Below, piece by piece: positions 38,048 through 47,046 of a stretch of DNA of 64,000 nucleotides. How positions within the stretch are numbered: position 1 is the stretch's first letter; each line of letters begins with the position of its first letter. Origin of the DNA: Planctomycetota bacterium (GTDB taxonomy: Bacteria > Planctomycetota > UBA1135 > JACQFD01); NCBI GenBank assembly GCA_046160785.1, contig JBJXHE010000008.1, positions 3,920 through 67,919 of the forward strand, given 5' to 3'. The notes beneath the pieces were generated by a model. It saw nothing but the letters and a program-made list of their open reading frames with translations. It ran no database searches and was not told the DNA's origin. Made by a program: the position numbers and the translations under genes.

Positions 38048-38165
38048 AAAAAGTTTGGAGGGGGGATGAAGCACGCTCGCGGGGGGAAGAAGCCGGTTTG
38101 ATCGCAAGTGCGTTTGTTTGTAATAAATGCCTAATAATAAGAATGGATTGCTAATAATCGAGCCC

Positions 38166-38684
38166 TCAGCGCGCTCCGCCCGCCCTCCACCTCATCTCGC
38201 GCCCTGCTACAAATCCGACTTTTTCATAGAGGGGGCGACCCTTGTCGGATGCATGTAAAAATACTGCGCCGTAGCCGCGGGCCGCCGACCATCTTAACAA
38301 TTCTTCGACGATCGCGCGTGCGAGGCCGCGGCCGCGATGCCGTTTTTCTGTATACATCGATAATATATACGGTTCGTACGGGCCCGGGCGTCCTGGGCGG
38401 GGGTGTACTTCATACAAAAAAACGCAGCCGCTCGCGAGCGGAGTTCCCGACTCGTCCTCAATAACAATTCCGTCCAATCTTTTTTGTTTACGCATGCGGC
38501 CGAGCCACTTTTTGTAAACTTCGTCCGCGTCGTCGAGGCCGTCTCTTTTTGTATAACCCATGTCTTCCCACATTCTTCGACGGTGCAAAACTAACAAATC
38601 CAGGTCGCTCGCGGCGATGGGTCGAACGCGCCAAATACCAGATGGGGTTTGGCGCGCGTGTTTGCTAGTAATCCTCTTAGTCAA
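38166..38684 (-). CDS. GNAT-family N-acetyltransferase
   Basis: MYTE..HRGRGLA motif A, LHAS..GRPLYEKVGF; overlaps the top6A stop. Confidence 0.9.
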   Translation of the reverse strand: MTKRITSKHARQTPSGIWRVRPIAASDLDLLVLHRRRMWEDMGYTKRDGLDDADEVYKKWLGRMRKQKRLDGIVIEDESGTPLASGCVFLYEVHPRPGRPGPYEPYILSMYTEKRHRGRGLARAIVEELLRWSAARGYGAVFLHASDKGRPLYEKVGFVAGREMRWRAGGAR

Positions 38685-39783
38685 GCCAATCCCGATCTTT
38701 AAGTTTCTTCGGCAGATAATCGGTTGTTAAGTATCGGAAGTCTTTGTTAGCAAGAGAATCTAATTCATACTTCAAGCCCGATTTTAACATAAAATCGATT
38801 TCCTGCTGCCACTCCTTCTTTTGAAACCATTGATAACCTTTCAGTTCTTTGGCGCGCGCGATATCTTTATCATTCAATTTGATGCCGACGTTGCGCGGAA
38901 GACCGTGCGTCTGCGGATCGCGCGACGAAAGCCCCATGAATTTTGCGTCGGGAATCGCCATGCGCATCGATTCGAATGCTAAATTAATCGATCCCTGTTT
39001 GATGACGGAATAAATGTAGTATCCCCATGGATCGTTATCGACGAGCACGTGAACGGGAAGCTTATATTCATCGTGCAAACGGCGCGCGAGCCGGCGGACG
39101 CCGCGCGGCGGCTGGCCGTTTCCGGTTAATAAAACGCAATTGTAGCGTTTCCAGAATTTATCTTCGTTGAGCGCGTTCCACTGCGTGCCTTTTTCAATTA
39201 ATAATACAAAATCGGCCGTGCACTTTTTAATTGTTACTTCCTCGGGCTCGACGATCGACGGCACCGAATAGCCGCCTTTTCCTAATCGTGAACAATCGAT
39301 GGTGTCGCCGTCGTCGACAATGGTGAGTGGTCCGACGAGGCTGCCCGCGGCTTCGGCGCGAACATGCAATTCTTCGCGCAACGCCGCAAGTGTTACTTCT
39401 AAATCTTCAAGGATCGGATCGCTTTCCTCTTGTCCGTCGAACGTATTTTCGCTCGAACCTTCAATCGTATGTTTCGTTCTGTAGTAAATTTCTCTGAGTG
39501 ATCGCGAGAGCCCTTCTCGCTGCAAAACGGAGAGCGCGTCGGCGACGAGCATCGTTTGCATAAATTTTTTCGCCGTCGAAAGACTTAACAATTGGCGCTC
39601 GGTCTTCGCGCCCTTGAGTTCAATAATCCGGCGCGTTTTGCTAAATTCAACATTCGAAAGCGCGCGAACGGGAATTCTAAAAACCGGTTCTTTATTCGTT
39701 CGCGCGGCTTCAATCACCATGTCCGCGAGGCCGATCAGCCGGCCTTCGACGTCCGCGGTAGTCTTTCGTTTAGATGCTGCCAT
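38677..39783 (-). CDS. top6A: DNA topoisomerase VI subunit A (Spo11-like)
   Basis: SLREIYY (catalytic Tyr), TOPRIM IEKG and DNDPWG, GQP..R. Confidence 0.95.
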   Translation of the reverse strand: MAASKRKTTADVEGRLIGLADMVIEAARTNKEPVFRIPVRALSNVEFSKTRRIIELKGAKTERQLLSLSTAKKFMQTMLVADALSVLQREGLSRSLREIYYRTKHTIEGSSENTFDGQEESDPILEDLEVTLAALREELHVRAEAAGSLVGPLTIVDDGDTIDCSRLGKGGYSVPSIVEPEEVTIKKCTADFVLLIEKGTQWNALNEDKFWKRYNCVLLTGNGQPPRGVRRLARRLHDEYKLPVHVLVDNDPWGYYIYSVIKQGSINLAFESMRMAIPDAKFMGLSSRDPQTHGLPRNVGIKLNDKDIARAKELKGYQWFQKKEWQQEIDFMLKSGLKYELDSLANKDFRYLTTDYLPKKLKDRDWLD

Positions 39784-39844
39784 TGCAATAAATATTAATT
39801 ATTGTGTAAATATGTTTTTGTGTAAATTGGTTTTTGTAATTTAA

Positions 39845-41845
39845 TTAACGGCCGCGTTTCTTGCCTTTCTTCGCAGCGGCAGGTTTCTTTTTAGAAGATT
39901 TTACAGATTTTTCTTCGACGGCTTCGGGGAACATCGATTTTTGGACGGGCTCTGGAGCCGCCGGTGCGGGTGCCGCGCTCTCGGCAACTGTAGCATTGGC
40001 CGCGTCGCCGACTGGCGGAACAGCATCATTTAACAATTTCGGAATCGCGCCTTCCGCGCCGACCGGCGTTACAACAATCGTATGTTCGCGGCGTTCCTCT
40101 TCCTCGCGCTGTTTGCGCAGGATGCGGTCCGTCTCTTCGCCGCCGGTCCGCTCTTCGGCCATTTGTATTAATTGTTTCCTTAGCTTGTCAACGCTGACGT
40201 TGCCTTTTTTAAGGCGGCCGCACGCCTCGGCGACTTCACCGATGTACAATGCAAAGATATTCCGGCGCTTCCACTCATCTTTAGCATGCTCGCGCTTTCT
40301 GATATATTTACCTAAACGCCGACCGGCTTCCTGCAAAGCTAATTTTATTTCTTTGCGGATCGCATCGTAGTCCGCGATCGCTTCTTTGGATTCGCTTGTA
40401 AACGGCACCCACGCCGACGCCATGTGTACAAATACGACGAGCGGCCCCTGCGGCATCGCGCCGCGCGACTGGCTCAAACCATACAATTTCCACGCGGTTT
40501 CGACGACCGACTGAAATGTACAACAAGCGGATTGTTGATATAAAAGCGGAACGCGGTTCGCGTATCGAGTCAGCCGCGCAAGTTCATAATCATCGCCTTC
40601 GGCGCTTTCTCCCTCGGCGAGCGGCGCAGCAGGCTCCTCTGGCTTTTCTATCTTTTGTTGCGCGGGATCTTTACCAAACGCCAAACCGACTTCAATAATA
40701 AAAGGATTGCCGCGATAGACCTGCGGCGAGCGCGTAACTGCAGTATAAAATTCGCCGCGAATTTGTTTATAAAGTCCGGCGAGAATTGCATCTTCTCCGA
40801 TCGGAGATAAACAATCCGTTGGCGGCGCCATTAATTTTGCATTTTGCAATTCCGCAAATAACCTTTCCGCGTCGTGGCCGACGACGTCCTTCGGCCTCAT
40901 CTGTGGCTTTAACTTTGCCGCTTTACAAATTTCCTCGGCGGCCTTCGCATTAACTCTAGAAAAATCGCTTGCTAAGAAAACCGCGAGCCACTTCGATTTT
41001 GTATCTTGCAGCATTCTTAATAACATTCCGAGTTCGATGCCGTACGGATGCGGCATGATCTCCTTCGGCGGGCGCGGCAATTGATCAATTCCGCGTTTAT
41101 GATGAATCGTCTCGCCCTCGGGCGGTTCATAATAAATTTCGACGTGCGGATTCGCAATCGCCGTCAATTCTAAATATTCTTCCACCGATCCGCGGCCGCG
41201 CTGAAACTTGCCTTCGAGCTCAATGCTAACTTGCGTGCCCTGCGGGTGCTCCCAGTTTTCGATTTTGTTATCTTCGAGAACTTCGGGTTCATTTTTTTGT
41301 GTATTAATTTGAATTTCAAATTCGTTCGCGGGGCGGCCCGGCGAAATGCGCGAAATGACATGAACGGGCTTGCCCGTTGTTAATTTTCCGTACATGCCCG
41401 CGGCCGAGATGCCAATTCCTTGCTGGCCGCGCGACTGTCGAAGGCGGTGGAATTTGGAACCGTACAATAATTTTGCAAAGATTTTCGGAACTTGTTCTTT
41501 AACAATTCCGGGGCCGTTGTCTCGAACTGTTACTATAAATCGAGTGGCTTGCGCCGGAGTTGTAACCGTTCCGTCGCGGTTCGGAACAACCTTAATTTTA
41601 ACAGTAACGGTTGGTAATATTTCCGCTTCTTCGCACGCGTCGAGCGCGTTGTCGACGGCTTCCTTAACTGTAGTAAGCAGCGCTTTTCGTGGATTATCAA
41701 ATCCGAGCAGGTGCCGGTTTTTTGTAAAGAATTCCGCAACGGAGATTTCGCGCTGTTGCGACGCGAGCTGTTCGGCCGTTACGCGGGCGGGCGCGGTCGC
41801 GCTGCGATGCGCGACGAGGCGGGAGGGTCGATTCGGGGAGGTCAA
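39845..41845 (-). CDS. top6B: DNA topoisomerase VI subunit B
   Basis: EISVAEFF, GHKL motifs KEAVDNALDA, DNGPG, SRGQQGIG; RYANRVPLL, VPFTSESKEAI. Confidence 0.95.
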   Translation of the reverse strand: MTSPNRPSRLVAHRSATAPARVTAEQLASQQREISVAEFFTKNRHLLGFDNPRKALLTTVKEAVDNALDACEEAEILPTVTVKIKVVPNRDGTVTTPAQATRFIVTVRDNGPGIVKEQVPKIFAKLLYGSKFHRLRQSRGQQGIGISAAGMYGKLTTGKPVHVISRISPGRPANEFEIQINTQKNEPEVLEDNKIENWEHPQGTQVSIELEGKFQRGRGSVEEYLELTAIANPHVEIYYEPPEGETIHHKRGIDQLPRPPKEIMPHPYGIELGMLLRMLQDTKSKWLAVFLASDFSRVNAKAAEEICKAAKLKPQMRPKDVVGHDAERLFAELQNAKLMAPPTDCLSPIGEDAILAGLYKQIRGEFYTAVTRSPQVYRGNPFIIEVGLAFGKDPAQQKIEKPEEPAAPLAEGESAEGDDYELARLTRYANRVPLLYQQSACCTFQSVVETAWKLYGLSQSRGAMPQGPLVVFVHMASAWVPFTSESKEAIADYDAIRKEIKLALQEAGRRLGKYIRKREHAKDEWKRRNIFALYIGEVAEACGRLKKGNVSVDKLRKQLIQMAEERTGGEETDRILRKQREEEERREHTIVVTPVGAEGAIPKLLNDAVPPVGDAANATVAESAAPAPAAPEPVQKSMFPEAVEEKSVKSSKKKPAAAKKGKKRGR

Positions 41846-41863
41846 CGTCAGTTCCTACAAAAC

Positions 41864-42007
41864 GCGTGGAGAAGCGCGGAAAGTGCCGACTCGCGCCGTT
41901 CGATACAAGAATTCTCTTTAAAACTACAATTGGACGGCGATTCGTAATCGCTTCGTGGCTCGCCGCCTAGGCGCCGGGGTCAGGCACTCCAATTGGGCGT
42001 TCCACGC
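41864..42007. ncRNA. Candidate structured RNA or leader upstream of top6B
   Basis: Nested pairings GCGTGGA/TCCACGC, GTGCC/GGCAC, GACTC/GGGTC, GCGCC/GGCGC, CGGCGA/TCGCCG around an AT-rich bubble. Confidence 0.35.
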
Positions 42008-42167
42008 ACTGGATCGTAGAGCGTCAAAGGTGGGGCTCGCTGCGACAAAAAAGGTCGGCGGGGTGTCTAAATGTTGTGAACTACGCGCGATTATTAACAA
42101 CCTATCCCCGATAGAAGTTTCGCGCGGCGGCGTTGGCAAAGACTACGAAATCGATCGCGGTTCTAAC

Positions 42168-42950
42168 CTATACCGATCGCAAGTCCGCTGCCGGATCGGC
42201 GAGGCCCGCTTCGGACGCCAGCCGCCGAAATGTAAATAATCCGTCCATCATTCCGGGCGCGGTGAGATCGTAGCGGCACGATAATGTTAAATATTCAAAT
42301 AAATCGTCCGCGGGAATTCCGAGCTTCGCGGATGCATCCGCCGCAATCCTGCGCCGCGCGGCGCATCCGCGTTCGCGCGCTTTTAACAATTCGACAGCGT
42401 GCTGTTTTGTAAATTCTACGCCCGGGCGCACGAGCCAAACGGCGAAAACAAACGGCAGCCCGGTCTGTTGTTTCCAGAGTTGCGCGAGATCGTGGATTTG
42501 TATCTTGTCCGGATTATTAATATTTAGACTCCACGCTTCGACCAGCGCGTTGTCGCCGATGCGCACGCGCGCGTCGGCCAGAGCATCCGCGGAATCTACA
42601 ATTTGAAATTGTGTATTTCCAAGCGCGCGCAAACAAATCTGTGCGAGCGCCGAACCGGAGCGGCTGGCGGCGTCGAGCGCCAAAGTCTTACATTCACGAA
42701 GCGGTTTTTGTGAAAATAACAAAACGCTGCGAACGCTGCCGTCGGCGCCGATGCAAACATTCGGAACGAAACGGTAGCCGGGGCGGCGAAAACCCTCGAT
42801 CGACGAAACGAGCGCGCAGTCGACGCGCTGCGAATGTAATAAATCGACGAGTTCCGACGGCGTGCCTTCTGTTACATCAAATAACGGATTTGTTACAAGG
42901 CCGTCGACGCACGGGCGAGCCGCGAGATACGATACAATTCCAAGACGCAT
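42168..42950 (-). CDS. mqnA: Chorismate dehydratase (futalosine menaquinone pathway)
   Basis: RLGIVSYL, P.EL, IGADGSVRSVLLFS, SRS, IGD.AL, DLA..W...TGLPFVFAVW. Confidence 0.9.
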   Translation of the reverse strand: MRLGIVSYLAARPCVDGLVTNPLFDVTEGTPSELVDLLHSQRVDCALVSSIEGFRRPGYRFVPNVCIGADGSVRSVLLFSQKPLRECKTLALDAASRSGSALAQICLRALGNTQFQIVDSADALADARVRIGDNALVEAWSLNINNPDKIQIHDLAQLWKQQTGLPFVFAVWLVRPGVEFTKQHAVELLKARERGCAARRRIAADASAKLGIPADDLFEYLTLSCRYDLTAPGMMDGLFTFRRLASEAGLADPAADLRSV

Positions 42951-42968
42951 GCGGGTTGAAACGTGGGT

Positions 42969-43235
42969 TTACGGGCGCGGGCTGCGCTCGTCTCGATGGC
43001 GCCGCCAATCAACGACTAAATAAACAGTTCGAATCGCCCCCACGAGAAATATTAATATTCCAGCGCCCATGACAACCATTCCGCCGATGCGCCAGCCCTC
43101 GGAATTGCCGGGTTCACTCGACGCAACAGTAACAAGCCAGCCCGCGCCGGTCGCGGCGATTCCGATTAATGTTAACACTCCACCGAGTGCAACGTTCAAA
43201 AGCCGCGTCATCGCATCGGAGGGGTTGTGGGCCAT
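42969..43235 (-). CDS. Small two-TM membrane protein
   Basis: Two hydrophobic helices; tight spacing between co-oriented genes. Confidence 0.65.
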   Translation of the reverse strand: MAHNPSDAMTRLLNVALGGVLTLIGIAATGAGWLVTVASSEPGNSEGWRIGGMVVMGAGILIFLVGAIRTVYLVVDWRRHRDERSPRP

Positions 43236-43256
43236 GATTTATATCAATACGTTGAA

Positions 43257-44600
43257 TTAATTTAAGATTCTCACTTCCATCTTATCAATTTCAATTTTAG
43301 CGCCTTCGCGAACGCGTATTCCGATTCCGCCCCAGCGAGCGTTTGTCGTACTTTCGATCGCGATGGGAAGCGGCTCGTCGGGATTCAGCGGAGTAACGGA
43401 TATATTAACTTTCTTTCCTACAACTTTTTCTACAATATCATAGGTCGCGCCTTCAACGGGAAAGAACGCGTCTTCGCCTGCGGGCTTTCCGGTTTCATTG
43501 CTTTCGAATTCGTACGTATGCTGCAAATAGCCGGTGCTCTTCCGCGCCAATAGGAAAAAACCCTTTTTAATAATCTTGACGCGCATCCGAAGTTCATAAT
43601 GATGCATCGCCTCCGTCTGGGAGGGGCCCCAGTAGGCAATTCCAGCGCGTTCATCGGGAAGCGCCGGCCCCGTGGCTTTGACGCCTTCGATTATTAGTTT
43701 TCCGCCGGCGAATGTTAATTTTGCACTCGGGCTCGCGTCCCACGGCGCTTTGGTGTCGCCGGCCTTGGGTTGGAATTCCTTCGGATTTAACAAATCGCGC
43801 GGAAGTATCGAATTAAATCCGCGCCCCGACTCGGCCCACCGCTCGGCGAGATCCGACATCTTGAGCCCAATTTCGCTATGAATTTCCTGCGCTTCGGGAA
43901 ATCGCTGCGCGACCGCGCTCGACATTAATTCTTCATCCACTTTTTGATAAGCATCCAATACTGCATTTAGATCCCGGTCGTCTTTTTCATATTGCTTTTC
44001 AATCTTAGCAACGCCCGCGCGCGCTTTGAGAACCGCCGTCTTTCCGCGCGCATTAAATATATCTTTTTTAACGTCTTCGACGCGATTGTCTTCGATGTCG
44101 CCGAGCATATTTTCGAGTTCGACCGACTTCGCCGAAACTTCATCGACGCGATTTGGATCATTCATTCCGGTGCGCACGTCACTTAACAATTGATCGATCT
44201 TTCTGCGTTTGTTGCCTTGCCGCTCCTGTTCCGTGAGCCCCGCGAGAAGATTATAAGCTTGCTGTTTTTCATTAACCATCATTTCTTCAATCTTAGAATT
44301 TACAAAAGCGCGCACCGCCGGAATCTCCGCGTCGCTCGAATGCATCCTTTGATAGTCGCGCACTTCTTGTAACAATTTCCGCGAATTCTCGGGACGCTCG
44401 CGCTCAATTCTCTCCTGCTCGCTTAATTGTGTGAATTTCCAGACCGCAAAACCGCCTGCTACTAATAAAACGAGAGCGCCAAAACCGAACGCTAAATAAA
44501 GGAGCGGCCCGTCGTTTTTTTGTGTGGGGTCGTAATGCCGTCCGTGCCGCGTGTGCCGCCTCACGCTCGCCTGCGAAAAACTTTTGGGTTTAGATCTCAT
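43257..44600 (-). CDS. Membrane-anchored hypothetical protein (helical region plus C-terminal beta-sandwich)
   Basis: 447-aa ORF with one N-terminal TM helix. Confidence 0.75.
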   Translation of the reverse strand: MRSKPKSFSQASVRRHTRHGRHYDPTQKNDGPLLYLAFGFGALVLLVAGGFAVWKFTQLSEQERIERERPENSRKLLQEVRDYQRMHSSDAEIPAVRAFVNSKIEEMMVNEKQQAYNLLAGLTEQERQGNKRRKIDQLLSDVRTGMNDPNRVDEVSAKSVELENMLGDIEDNRVEDVKKDIFNARGKTAVLKARAGVAKIEKQYEKDDRDLNAVLDAYQKVDEELMSSAVAQRFPEAQEIHSEIGLKMSDLAERWAESGRGFNSILPRDLLNPKEFQPKAGDTKAPWDASPSAKLTFAGGKLIIEGVKATGPALPDERAGIAYWGPSQTEAMHHYELRMRVKIIKKGFFLLARKSTGYLQHTYEFESNETGKPAGEDAFFPVEGATYDIVEKVVGKKVNISVTPLNPDEPLPIAIESTTNARWGGIGIRVREGAKIEIDKMEVRILN

Positions 44601-44708
44601 AGCTGGTTGCCGGAAAGTTTAATCACGAACTGGTTTCATAAGTCATTCGAATATGTGTCGAGACCGCGACCGTTGCGTTTGCGTTCGAAGAATTCGTATA
44701 AATTCTGC

Positions 44709-45281
44709 GTGGATCACGAAAACCCTGCGCCGCCCATCGCGCCGCTCGAAGAGCTGGAGCCTCGCATCATTGCGATCACGCGGCCCAAGCGCGAACTGTT
44801 AACGTTATATATTATTTACGCGGCGATGTCAGTTGTTGCATTTCCATTCGTGTTCCCAGTGTTATATTTTCGTTATCACACGCTAAAATTCCGCTTCGAC
44901 CGCGAAGGGATCGGCGTGTCGTATGGCATTCTGTTCCGCCGCGAACATTATTTAACTTACGCTCGAATTCAAGATATACATTTAACGCGCGACCTGTTTG
45001 AACGCTGGCTTGGAATCGGAACGGTACAATTGCAAACGGCATCGGGCGGCTCGGGCGGCGATCTATCCATTCCGGGCACGGACCAATTTGATATGATCCG
45101 CGATTATTTATATCTAAAAATGCGCGGCGCGCACGTGCATGGCTCGAAGGGGGCCGCGGCGGCAAATGCTACAAATCCAGCGGCGCCGGCGCGCGACGCG
45201 GAAACCGCCACGGCGCTGCGCGAAGTGGCGGCGGCGCTGCGTGAAACGGCCGCAATGTTAAAAGAAAACCGAAAGATATGA
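44709..45281 (+). CDS. Bacterial PH-domain (bPH_2, YdbS-like) membrane protein
   Basis: GILFRRE..LTYARIQDI....FERWLGIGTVQLQTASG; GTG 44709 is the likely start. Confidence 0.85.
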   Translation: MDHENPAPPIAPLEELEPRIIAITRPKRELLTLYIIYAAMSVVAFPFVFPVLYFRYHTLKFRFDREGIGVSYGILFRREHYLTYARIQDIHLTRDLFERWLGIGTVQLQTASGGSGGDLSIPGTDQFDMIRDYLYLKMRGAHVHGSKGAAAANATNPAAPARDAETATALREVAAALRETAAMLKENRKI

Positions 45282-46027
45282 ATCGCGGCGAACTTGCGCC
45301 TCCGGGTTTTGTAGCAAGAACGCTCGAACCCTATTTGAAGCTTCCGACGGCTCCGCCGCCGCTGCCGGCGGGCGCGCACACGGCGAAGACGTTTCGCGCG
45401 TCGCGCCAATATTTAAAATACCGTTATGCTAAAGTTACAATTGGGTCGTTGATTGCAATTCCAGAATTAATTGCTTTGTTCGGCGGCGCGTTCGCGGGCA
45501 ACGTCCTCCTCGGCATTCTTGCCACCATTTTTGGATGTATCTTATTTTCGGTGGTCGTCACTCTCGTAGTTGCAGTCATTCGTTTGGAATATGACCTTCG
45601 CCAGTACGTTGTAACAGATCGATCACTACGGATTCGAGGCGGGGCAATTGTTATTTCTGAAGTAACCATTACGTTTGCTAATATTCAGGACGTCGAGATT
45701 TCTCAGGGGCCGCTCCAGCGCTGGTTCGGAATCGCGGATGTTATTGTTCATACCGCCGGCGGATCGGCGCCTACTAAAAAGGGCGGGCAAGGCGACTCAA
45801 GCCACCATGGCGCGCTGTCTGGAATTGAACAGCCCGCCGAGCTGCGCGATTACATTCTTCGGGAGGTGCGCGCGTTTCGGGATTCGGGCCTCGGCGATCC
45901 CGACGATCCCCATCATCGAACAGAACAGCCGGCGGAGCCGTTATCTGTTACAAACGAAACCGACGCCGCGCTCGCCGAATTGCGAGACGCGACGGCGAGT
46001 TTGCGCTTGGCACTTGCGCAAAGTTAA
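45278..46027 (+). CDS. Bacterial PH-domain (bPH_2) membrane protein
   Basis: ITFANIQDVEISQGPLQRWFGIADVIVHTAGG; ATGA overlap with the upstream gene. Confidence 0.87.
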   Translation: MNRGELAPPGFVARTLEPYLKLPTAPPPLPAGAHTAKTFRASRQYLKYRYAKVTIGSLIAIPELIALFGGAFAGNVLLGILATIFGCILFSVVVTLVVAVIRLEYDLRQYVVTDRSLRIRGGAIVISEVTITFANIQDVEISQGPLQRWFGIADVIVHTAGGSAPTKKGGQGDSSHHGALSGIEQPAELRDYILREVRAFRDSGLGDPDDPHHRTEQPAEPLSVTNETDAALAELRDATASLRLALAQS

Positions 46028-46034
46028 TTGGCCA

Positions 46035-46071
46035 TTGTCCAATTTGTAGGTTATACAAAAACACTACAAAT
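46035..46071 (+). promoter_or_regulatory. Candidate CarH/LitR-type operator/promoter
   Basis: Inverted repeat ATTTGTAG-N14-CTACAAAT and two TACAAA motifs 11 bp apart, directly upstream of the regulator. Confidence 0.4.
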
Positions 46072-46076
46072 CTGTG

Positions 46077-47036
46077 ATGGCATTCGAACCCCCAGCCCCC
46101 AGTTCCACGCCCCCGACCGAAATTCTCTGTACGATGCGGCCGATCGGCGTTGTTTCGTCGGAGACCGGAATCGATCCGGCGACGCTTCGAGTGTGGGAAC
46201 GGCGCTACGGATTTCCAAAACCGGCGAGGGTCGGTTCGGGCCACCGGTTTTATACAGAAATGGACGTTGCGCTCTTGTTACAAATAGCGCGCGCGCTGCG
46301 AGCCGGATTCCGCCCCGGGCAATTATTTAAATCGACGCCCGAAGACCTTCAACGATTGTTAGCATCCGTTCGCGTCTCCGAGCGTGACGCGGCCGCGGCG
46401 GGGACGATTGCAACAAAAAACTCATTTGAACAATTCGCGCCGATGATTCGCGAATTGGATACTGAAGCGCTGCGCCGCGAGTTCGGTTTGCGCGCGATCG
46501 CGCTCGGCCCCCGGCACTTTGTAACAGATTTTGCGGCGCCGTTTTCGGAGTGGGTCGGCGAATCGTGGGAGAAAGGTAGCATTAGCATTCATGAGGAACA
46601 TTTTGTAACAAATCAATTGCAATCGATACTTCGCGGAATTTTAGCACAGGTTCACGAGCCGCCTTCGGCCCCGCGAATTGTATTAACGACACTTCCCGGC
46701 GAGACCCATTCGTTAGGAATAAAAATGGCGGCAATTATGATATCCGTCGCGGGCGGATCTGCGAGAGTGCTCGGGCCTGAAACGCCCCCCGGCAATATTG
46801 TTAACGCAGCGATTGCTACAAAAGCGCGCGCGGTCGGAATTTCTATCTCGGTTTCTAGCGCGACGCGCGGCACGGCGCAAAGACTACAATTATTGCGTGA
46901 GACGCTGCCGAAAAATATTGAACTTTGGATCGGAGGCAACGGCGCGATCCGCCTGCAGCGCCTGCCAAAGAATATTCATCGCGTACGGTCGAGCGGCGAT
47001 TTGGAGCGCCTCATGGAAGCACTCGTGAAATCTTAA
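46077..47036 (+). CDS. MerR-family cobalamin-binding regulator (CarH/LitR-like)
   Basis: MerR HTH TLRVWERRYG..P.R..GHRFY; W-x9-EH (WEKGSISIHEEH); E-x-H-x-x-G (GETHSLG) B12-binding motif. Confidence 0.9.
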   Translation: MAFEPPAPSSTPPTEILCTMRPIGVVSSETGIDPATLRVWERRYGFPKPARVGSGHRFYTEMDVALLLQIARALRAGFRPGQLFKSTPEDLQRLLASVRVSERDAAAAGTIATKNSFEQFAPMIRELDTEALRREFGLRAIALGPRHFVTDFAAPFSEWVGESWEKGSISIHEEHFVTNQLQSILRGILAQVHEPPSAPRIVLTTLPGETHSLGIKMAAIMISVAGGSARVLGPETPPGNIVNAAIATKARAVGISISVSSATRGTAQRLQLLRETLPKNIELWIGGNGAIRLQRLPKNIHRVRSSGDLERLMEALVKS

Positions 47037-47046
47037 TATTAATAAT

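Noticed and set aside
38030-38100. GAAAGTGGCAACAGAAAA resembles RNase P RNA, and GGCAAC resembles a tmRNA resume site
   Set aside because: No GAGGAAAGTCC or ACAGAACCCGGCTTA motifs. The putative tag reads GNRKSLEGG without an Ala-Ala end, and there are no tRNA-Ala-like termini.
41956-42040. TGGCTCGCCGCCTAGG looks like the 3' end of a minus-strand tRNA
   Set aside because: No T-loop or cloverleaf follows.
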